DNA of 5,826 nt from Fonticula alba ATCC 38817 (lineage: Eukaryota; Protista; Nucleariida). The stretch lies in assembly GCA_000388065.2 (NCBI GenBank), contig KB932222.1; one strand, 5' to 3'. Of the stretch, positions 1 to 5,826 are shown in pieces (positions within the stretch are counted from its first letter, which is position 1; every line of letters begins with the position of its first letter). The position numbers were made by a program, and so were the translations under genes. The notes below the pieces were generated by a model. That model was given only the letters and a program-made list of their open reading frames with translations. It had not been told where the DNA came from and made no database searches.

Positions 1-11
1 GCTGTTTATCT

Positions 12-2150
12 CTACTCAAAGCAAATATAGGGCCGGGCAGCGTAGGCATCATTAATCGTCAGGCCATCGACAGAAGCACATAATCCGAACAAGGATGCGC
101 CGGGATGTGCCACCATCGCCTGCTCCACTTGAAAGGCCCGTGCGGCCGGGTGTCGCATGTAGTCCGGAGTCGTAAACCGGACGCCCTGTCGAGCAGCGTG
201 CGCTTGCAGCGAATTCACCACCTGCGGCAGGGCGCAGCCCAGATCCGCCGCCACCCGGTGCAGCACCGGCCGCGGGTATTTCCCCTCCACCGCCGCCAGC
301 AGGTCGGCCAGCTTCTCCTCCGGCACGTACATCCCCCCCGGCCCGGACCCGGCCCCCGGGCCCAGCGCCAGGAAGAAGTACTCCGGCGCAAACCGGTACA
401 GCATGCCGAACAGCACATCCGGATGCTGGCCCATATCCGCGGCCAGCTCCCGCACCGTGAAGCGCATCCGCCGGCCGGACGGGTGCACCTGCTTCGCCAG
501 CCGCCGCAGCCGCCGGATGTCCTCATCCGCCAGGGCGTACTTCCGGAATGACCGTCGCGAATCCCAAAAGCCCTCGGGCCATCCGAAGGAGGGCATCGTA
601 TTTAACAAAGTCATCTTGGGGATGCCCAAATATTCACGCATTTCCCTCTCTGCCAGCATGGGCCGCAGTCCAGCCAGACCTCGGGCCTCGGCTTCCAGGT
701 CCCGACTCAGCCGCAGCGCCAACAGCTGCACATGCGTCCCCGGGCCGGACCCATGCACCTGCGGATCGAAGTATACCAGCCGATTGACCGCCGATAGCCG
801 GACCAGCGCATGGGTCCCTTCGCCCCCCGGCGACCCTTCACCCGGGGGGGCCTGGTGCACCGGCGAAGTGGCCGGCAGGAAGCGCCGCGTGTACTCGCCC
901 AGCGTCAGCCGGCCCAAACCCCCCGGCCGGGTAAGTTGCCGCACGGGCTGCCCGTCGGAATACGGTAGCACCACCCCCGGCTCGTAGTACCTGATGTACC
1001 AGCGGAGTCGATCGGCCGGTATCGTCAACTGCTTGGCCATGTCCCGGAGACTGTGCCGGCGTTCTTGCAACAGCTCTCGCATCCGGGCCACCTTCTCCGC
1101 CGGCAACTCCCCCCGCAGATGGACGATATACTCCGGGCATAGGCCCGGTCCGTGCAGGGTGATCGACGGAGGAGTCACACCTGACGATTCGTGGATCGCC
1201 CACAGCGAGGGCACCGGCACCTTCTGCAGCCCTGCCACCAATGCCCCTCGCAGGGCTTCCATCTTTGGGGCTGGCAAATGCGACACCATCACATCCCCAT
1301 GCTCCGGGAAGTGCCTGTTGATGGCCTTAGTCAAGGATACCAAATCGGTCGAAAGGAGCAAGGCCATTGCCCCCCTCGACAGGGGGGGATCCACGGTCAG
1401 CAGGTGCCCCAGCCGGCCGATGCACATGCTCCGATCCCACAATGGTTTGGCCAGGATCTCCGGCGCATGCTCCTCCAGCAGTTCCTCCACTTGCTTCAAC
1501 GGCAAGCGCATCAGTCGCGGCAGCACCAGCGGCGGCAGCACCGGCGGATCCCGCCGGACCAGGTCCATCAGATCCTCGAAGACCGCATGCCCCGGGCCCA
1601 CCCCGGCCAGGGGAACATGCCGCGATCGCCGGGCCGGCGCAATGCCAAACTCCCGGCCATAATGCCCCAGCAGACTCTGCACCGATGCCCGGTCCATCCC
1701 CAGCAACCGGCCCATCGGGCCCAACTCTGCCAGGGGCCGATCTGCCCGGGGGTCCCCGACAAGCCGCAGGAACAGCCGGAAGTGCGCCACATCGTCGAAC
1801 CCCTGCGGCAGGGGCTCCTCCCCGGCCTCGATGGCCCGGCAGAGCCGCGCCCCGGCGCACTCGGCGTCGTAATTCGCAAACTTGGCGGACGTGGCCACTT
1901 TGGTGCTCGTGCTTTTGGCGGCCGAGGAGAATGCCCGCATATGGACCAGCGACATGGCCCTGGGAGCCATGACCTGCGACGCTGTCGCATACACGCCGCC
2001 GTTGGTGACCAGGGGGGACGCCGGGCCCCGCGCGGCCGGTGTATGACCCCCGGCCAGAGGCCAGCCCCGCCGGGCCGCCGCCGCCGCCGTCGTCAATGCC
2101 GGCGAGCCCCACGCACGCAGGGCTCGCACGGCCGTCCTTGAAACCAACAT
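12..2150 (-). CDS. Hypothetical protein (~712 aa), probably mitochondrion-targeted, with multiple degenerate helix-turn-helix-like repeats
   Basis: Long open frame ending at TAG (12-14). The ORF-track start at 2312 reads through a CT/GA microsatellite (LFLFLFLSLSL), so the second Met (MLVSRTAVRALRAW, ATG at 2150) is the more plausible start. The first 94 residues from that Met contain no D/E and are R/A/S/T-rich, ending near ...MRAFSS. No named family recognised. Confidence 0.85.
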   Translation of the reverse strand: MLVSRTAVRALRAWGSPALTTAAAAARRGWPLAGGHTPAARGPASPLVTNGGVYATASQVMAPRAMSLVHMRAFSSAAKSTSTKVATSAKFANYDAECAGARLCRAIEAGEEPLPQGFDDVAHFRLFLRLVGDPRADRPLAELGPMGRLLGMDRASVQSLLGHYGREFGIAPARRSRHVPLAGVGPGHAVFEDLMDLVRRDPPVLPPLVLPRLMRLPLKQVEELLEEHAPEILAKPLWDRSMCIGRLGHLLTVDPPLSRGAMALLLSTDLVSLTKAINRHFPEHGDVMVSHLPAPKMEALRGALVAGLQKVPVPSLWAIHESSGVTPPSITLHGPGLCPEYIVHLRGELPAEKVARMRELLQERRHSLRDMAKQLTIPADRLRWYIRYYEPGVVLPYSDGQPVRQLTRPGGLGRLTLGEYTRRFLPATSPVHQAPPGEGSPGGEGTHALVRLSAVNRLVYFDPQVHGSGPGTHVQLLALRLSRDLEAEARGLAGLRPMLAEREMREYLGIPKMTLLNTMPSFGWPEGFWDSRRSFRKYALADEDIRRLRRLAKQVHPSGRRMRFTVRELAADMGQHPDVLFGMLYRFAPEYFFLALGPGAGSGPGGMYVPEEKLADLLAAVEGKYPRPVLHRVAADLGCALPQVVNSLQAHAARQGVRFTTPDYMRHPAARAFQVEQAMVAHPGASLFGLCASVDGLTINDAYAARPYICFE

Positions 2151-2208
2151 ACGATGAGAGGGGCCGAGGGAGAAAGCGAGAAGAAAAGAGAGGCGCGTGC
2201 ACACGCAC

Positions 2209-2265
2209 AGAGAGAGAGAGAGAGAGAGAAAGAGAAAGAGAAAGAGAAAGAGAAAGAGAGAGAGA
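2209..2265. repeat. (AG)n/(AGAAAG)n microsatellite
   Basis: Directly visible purine repeat, pyrimidine-rich on the CDS strand, 60-115 nt upstream of the ATG at 2150. Confidence 0.95.
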
Positions 2266-2417
2266 TGCTTAGTCTGCCCTGAATGTTCGCATAGAATGAC
2301 CCTCTCCCTCAAGATTCATCGGCGGGAGGAGATGGCAAGTCACCGGGGACCCATAATTCCTCCGCCAAAAAAGAGCTCATCCGTCGGTAGTCCTCCGAGC
2401 ACTTGACGATCCAGATC

Positions 2418-2523
2418 TGTAGTAGGGCTCACACGGGTTAAGACCAAGTCAAGCGAGTGAGGCTTGACGATGTAGCAGGATTCACACGGGTTAAGCCTAA
2501 GTCAAGTGAGTGAGGCTCGACAA
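2418..2523. repeat. 53-bp tandem duplication of the element's 3'-terminal module
   Basis: 2418-2470 and 2471-2523 match at 45/53 positions (manual count). The single-copy equivalent in copy D is 4137-4189. Confidence 0.93.
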
Positions 2524-2815
2524 AGGGTATCAGTGTGATCTGCCATCCGGTTAGTGGCCTCTTGCCTTGAATAGAGGGAACAACATACCTACCAGCGGTT
2601 CACGGTCGTCCGTTTCCAGAGGGGGAGTCAGTAACTCGGCTAGAAGCGAGTGAGTGGCAAGCGAAATAGAAAGAAACTCGAATAAATAAAAGGGGTTCGA
2701 GAGGAGGCCTCAGAACCGGTGTTCGTCAGCTCGACCGGTGCTCCGGCTATACTTTCGTGTTCTCTTCGACACACAGCTGCTAAGGCTTTCACTATCGGGA
2801 GGTTCCCAACGGGAA

Positions 2816-2842
2816 CCCCCCCCCCCCCCCCCCCCTCCCCCC
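2816..2842. repeat. Poly-C tract (C20-T-C6), an expanded G-run of copy A
   Basis: Directly visible; homologous to GGGGG at 3751-3755 in copy C. Confidence 0.9.
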
Positions 2843-3087
2843 ACCTTTTGACCTTTGGGCTTGGTCAAGGGATGGATCTGAGAACCCCGGGGTCGGGCTC
2901 GCGCCCACTCGCGTATCTCCCCATGCTCGGTCAGCGCCTGCACCGCTCAACCTCGCAGGGCCGCCTGGGACGTTGTCCTACCCCGCATTCTCTATCAAAA
3001 GAATGCTATTGGAACTTCATCCCTCCTGAAACGCAGCGATGTGATCCCTGGGTAGGATCGGGCAACGCGTGGGTGAACGGTGCCGTG

Positions 3088-3110
3088 TATATATATATAT
3101 ATATATATAT
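3088..3110. repeat. (TA)11 microsatellite
   Basis: Directly visible in the spacer between head-to-head copies A and B. Confidence 0.95.
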
Positions 3111-3322
3111 GGGCATACAAGGGAGAATATACAACAGGCAGCCATGCAGGCGCGTCGGTGGACAGAGCAAGGGCCGCAGCCTTATATACCGAGGCTGTGG
3201 CACTCACACAAGCGTTGGCATGACTAAGGATCACATGCCGAGTCACGAGCGGGGCATTTCACCTCCCTGGTTTAGCATGTGAGGAAAGGACTCTCACGTG
3301 TCGCCTCAATGATAGTTTACAA

Positions 3323-3522
3323 GGGGAATCCACTACACCTTCGTACAGGGCCGACGCTATCGTGGCCCGCAGGAAAGGATGGAGACACGCGCACAGGTGG
3401 GGTTCTCAAATCCGCCCCCCCTCCCCCCACTTTGATTTGGGGTACGTCGAGGGCGGGGGGGGGGGGGGGACTCCCAAGGGGAGCCTCCGTAGAGTGAGAA
3501 AACCTCGTGTAGTGGTATCCCC
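3323..3522 (+). ncRNA. Putative structured RNA element, copy B (core-only mini-copy closed by its own stem)
   Basis: 3348-3494 aligns with 3664-3780 of copy C (GGGCC..GGCCC hairpin, AGGAAAGGA, GGAGACACGCG, GGGGTTCTCA, CTCCC-N3-GGGAG-CCTCC). Flanks 3323-3338 and 3507-3522 are complementary at 14/16 positions. Confidence 0.45.
3455..3469. repeat. Poly-G tract (G15), an expanded G-run of copy B
   Basis: Directly visible; same homologous position as the poly-C of copy A. Confidence 0.9.
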
Positions 3523-3564
3523 CAATCTCTATAAACCAAGTCACAGGTTGAATTACAAGATCCC

Positions 3565-4132
3565 CACGTGAACGGCCCCGTGGAAGATTATGGCATGCTT
3601 GAATGGCATTCCTCCTCAGGAGGAATGCGGGGTAGATCGACAGCCAGATGGCCGCCGAGTACCGGGCCAGTTCGGTGGCCCAGGAAAGGAGGGAGACACG
3701 CGTGCGCGCGGGGTTCTCAGATCCACCCCACGACCAACCCAAGGTCAAAAGGGGGACTCCCTGCGGGAGCCTCCTGAGAGCGAAGACCTTAGCAGCTATG
3801 ACGATGTTGACTATGTTGACGATGTTGAAGTATACGCTTGTATGCTAAGACAACCTGACAGAGTCTCAGCCCGGCCTGCGAACATCTGTTCTAAGGCTTC
3901 CTCTCGAACCCCTTTTGTTACACGAATTGCTTTCTATTTTGCTCGCCCCGCTAACTCGCCCCTAGGTCGAGTTACCTTGTCTCGTCGCTAGTAATCTCAT
4001 CACCCCTTCTGGTTCGGTACGCCCTCCTTCATGCCCGAGCGGTCCCTAACCAGTAGTAAGATTTCCGGTATAGCTTCCGTCAAAGCTTCACTCCTTTGAC
4101 GTAAGACTGGATCCGTGAGAACCCTGCTACAC
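3565..4132 (+). ncRNA. Putative structured RNA element, copy C (near-full, most divergent in the 3' half)
   Basis: Hairpins 3606-3628, 3664-3681, 3757-3769, 3880-3891 and 3952-3974; long-range helices 3627-3636/3933-3942, 3746-3754/3909-3917 and 3784-3792/3891-3899. Confidence 0.55.
3800..3828. repeat. 9-bp tandem repeat (GACGATGTT/GACTATGTT, about 3 copies) specific to copy C
   Basis: GACGATGTT-GACTATGTT-GACGATGTT-GA is directly visible and is absent from copies A and D. Confidence 0.9.
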
Positions 4133-4149
4133 CTCGTGTAGCAGGGTTC
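4119..4149. repeat. Perfect 14-bp inverted repeat with a 3-nt loop at the tail-to-tail junction of copies C and D
   Basis: GAACCCTGCTACAC-CTC-GTGTAGCAGGGTTC; extends imperfectly to 4111-4157. Confidence 0.95.
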
Positions 4150-4674
4150 ACACGGGTTAAGCCTAAGTCAAGTGAGTGAGGCTTGACGAAGGGTACCAGT
4201 GTGATCTGCCACCCGGTTAGTAACCTCTTGGCATGAAGGAGGGGACATACCAACCAGCGGTTCACGGTCGTCTGTTACCAGATGAGTCAGTAACTCGGCT
4301 TGAGACGAGTTAGTGGCAAGCGAAAATAGAAAAGAACTCGGATGTTAAAAAGGGTTCGAGAGGAAGCCTTAGAACAGGCGTTCGTAGGCCTAACTGGTGC
4401 TTCGGCTATACTTCCGTATACTCTTCGACACACAGCTGCTAAAGCTTTCGCTCTCAGGAGGCTCTCAACGAGAGTCCCCCTTTTTGACCTTTGGGCTCGG
4501 TCAGGGGTTGGAACTGAGAACCCCGCGGCTGGGCCCGCCCACCCGCGTATCTCCGTCCTCGGTCGAGCGTTTATGCCGCTCGGCCTCGGCGGCCACCTGG
4601 CTGTTGTTCTACCCCGCATTCCTCTCCGAGGAATGCTGTTCTGGGATGCTATCATTCCCACGATGTAACACGTG
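4136..4674 (-). ncRNA. Putative structured RNA element, copy D (near-full)
   Basis: Reverse complement aligns with A and C. Hairpins 4616-4636, 4564-4582, 4462-4474, 4372-4383 and 4291-4312; long-range helices 4607-4617/4320-4331, 4478-4485/4347-4354 and 4439-4447/4364-4372. Confidence 0.55.
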
Positions 4675-4681
4675 TGGCAAT

Positions 4682-5313
4682 NNNNNNNNNNNNNNNNNNN
4701 NNNNNNNNNNNNNNNNNNNNNNNNNNNNNNNNNNNNNNNNNNNNNNNNNNNNNNNNNNNNNNNNNNNNNNNNNNNNNNNNNNNNNNNNNNNNNNNNNNNN
4801 NNNNNNNNNNNNNNNNNNNNNNNNNNNNNNNNNNNNNNNNNNNNNNNNNNNNNNNNNNNNNNNNNNNNNNNNNNNNNNNNNNNNNNNNNNNNNNNNNNNN
4901 NNNNNNNNNNNNNNNNNNNNNNNNNNNNNNNNNNNNNNNNNNNNNNNNNNNNNNNNNNNNNNNNNNNNNNNNNNNNNNNNNNNNNNNNNNNNNNNNNNNN
5001 NNNNNNNNNNNNNNNNNNNNNNNNNNNNNNNNNNNNNNNNNNNNNNNNNNNNNNNNNNNNNNNNNNNNNNNNNNNNNNNNNNNNNNNNNNNNNNNNNNNN
5101 NNNNNNNNNNNNNNNNNNNNNNNNNNNNNNNNNNNNNNNNNNNNNNNNNNNNNNNNNNNNNNNNNNNNNNNNNNNNNNNNNNNNNNNNNNNNNNNNNNNN
5201 NNNNNNNNNNNNNNNNNNNNNNNNNNNNNNNNNNNNNNNNNNNNNNNNNNNNNNNNNNNNNNNNNNNNNNNNNNNNNNNNNNNNNNNNNNNNNNNNNNNN
5301 NNNNNNNNNNNNN
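4682..5313. other. Assembly gap (632 N)
   Basis: Run of N; ORFs that span it are artefacts. Confidence 0.99.
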
Positions 5314-5826
5314 AGGTGTTCGGCCCTCCGACAGGGAAACAGAAGGCACCGCACATCGGCCTTCGCGGCAGGGCCACCCTCCACCGGCACACACACAGCA
5401 CCCTTTTTTCTCCTTCTCCCAGCGAAGCAGCCTCCCCCGGGCGCCGAGAAGCGCCCCCCCTCTCTTTCCCTTTGGCAATCCCGGAGGCGAGGCTGCTCCC
5501 TCGCGCCAAGCGTGCCCGACGCTCGGCCATGGGTCTGCCTTGTAATGTACCCCTTTCAGACGGTCGTCGTCGCGCGCAGAAAGGTCCGTGGTCAAAATGG
5601 TGGTGGTGTCACGGTGCGGCCTGGTCGGGTGTATGGAGATTCTCCGCTTGTCTGTCCTTGACACCCTAGGGTCCTGTGCCTTGGAGAGTACAACCACAAA
5701 CCCCCTAACCCCGGGGATGAGGGGCAATGGCCTGCGCGCACATCCCACACAACCGAATGCGATGCACCCCCTCAGCCAGAGGACCCGAAAGAGAGGCACA
5801 GCGGGCCCGAGACACCCAAAGCAAGG

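Larger units (their letters stand above)
2418..3023 (-). ncRNA. Putative structured RNA element, copy A (near-full, duplicated 3' module, expanded G-tract)
   Basis: Reverse complement aligns with copies C and D. Hairpins at 2985-3006, 2801-2817 and 2713-2724; long-range helix 2976-2986 with 2661-2671. No expression evidence is available from sequence alone. Confidence 0.55.
2418..4674. repeat. Cluster of four diverged copies (direct and inverted) of one structured non-coding element
   Basis: Shared motifs in all four copies include GGGGTTCTCARWTCC (2874-2888 rc, 3399-3413, 3710-3724, 4510-4524 rc), GGAGAYACGCG, and a 5-bp hairpin followed by CCTCC. The three long copies also share GCATTC..GAATGCGGGGTAG, TTAGCAGCT, CCTCTCGAACCC, TTTCTATTT, CGAGTTA and CCTGCTACA. 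Confidence 0.93.

Noticed and set aside
105-2272. Overlapping alternative-frame ORFs (e.g. 1191-2141 +, 1327-2208 -, 994-1662 +)
   Set aside because: Low-complexity P/R/G/A/Q-rich shadow ORFs expected from high-GC coding DNA.
2151-2312. 54-aa N-terminal extension of the main ORF
   Set aside because: It translates a CT microsatellite (LFLFLFLSLSL) and would mask the presequence-like segment that begins at 2150; more likely 5' UTR.
2713-2732. Hammerhead-like CUGACGA and a group II domain-V-like GAGCUG..CGGUUC on the minus strand of copy A
   Set aside because: Not conserved in copies C and D; no GAAA core partner, and the D5 geometry is too short.
2869-2888. GGGATGGATCTGAGA resembling eukaryotic RNase P CR-I (GGAAGGUCUGAG)
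   Set aside because: No downstream CR-V partner to form P4, and it is on the strand disfavoured by wobble pairs.
3399-3420. GGTTC(TC)AAATCC resembling a tRNA T-arm or Pol III B-box (tRNA-derived SINE head)
   Set aside because: It has a 2-nt insertion relative to the B-box consensus, no cloverleaf, no convincing A-box, and lies mid-element.
3711-3756. HDV-like ribozyme reading (GGG-UUCUCAGA-UCC as P3/L3, GA as P1.1, CAAA as J4/2)
   Set aside because: No consistent P1 or P2 partner strands were found across copies, and the usual L3 G is an A. An RNArobo/Infernal HDV search would settle it.
3590-3991. 133-aa ORF in copy C (and similar short ORFs in copies A and D)
   Set aside because: The frame is not conserved between copies, which differ by indels and homopolymer changes; variation follows base pairing rather than codons.
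4150-4160. CUUAACCC (minus strand) as a telomerase-template-like motif
   Set aside because: It is not a 1.5x repeat of a telomeric unit, it is changed in copy C, and no matching telomeric repeat array is present in the window.
4258-4270. CGG-TTCACGG-TCG resembling the CPEB3 ribozyme P3/L3 (also in copy A near 2596-2608)
   Set aside because: It lies on the strand disfavoured by the G-U analysis, has no P1/P2 partners and is absent from copy C.
4287-5799. Long ORFs spanning the N-gap
   Set aside because: Artefacts of untranslatable N codons; the flanking translations are not protein-like. No feature could be supported in 5314-5826.

Overview
Probably eukaryotic DNA (inferred from a mitochondrial-type presequence, microsatellites and no operon or ribosome-binding-site signs), containing a 632-nt assembly gap. 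12..2150 (-) is one GC-rich, intronless-looking CDS of about 712 aa: an acid-free N-terminal presequence followed by about 7-8 degenerate HTH-like repeats, with no recognised family. 2418..4674 is a cluster of four diverged copies of one non-coding element: three near-full copies of about 540-610 nt (A 2418-3023 minus, C 3565-4132 plus, D 4136-4674 minus) and one internally deleted mini-copy (B 3323-3522 plus). Aligned by eye, the copies keep base pairing while the primary sequence changes. They show compensatory swaps, G-U pairs that work on one strand only, a long-range pseudoknot and a conserved 3' terminus. C and D are joined tail-to-tail at a perfect 14-bp palindrome. I could not assign the element to tRNA, rRNA, snRNA, SRP, RNase P/MRP, group I/II introns or known small ribozymes. 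It is the main candidate for an undescribed structured or mobile RNA. All folds are manual and need computational confirmation.
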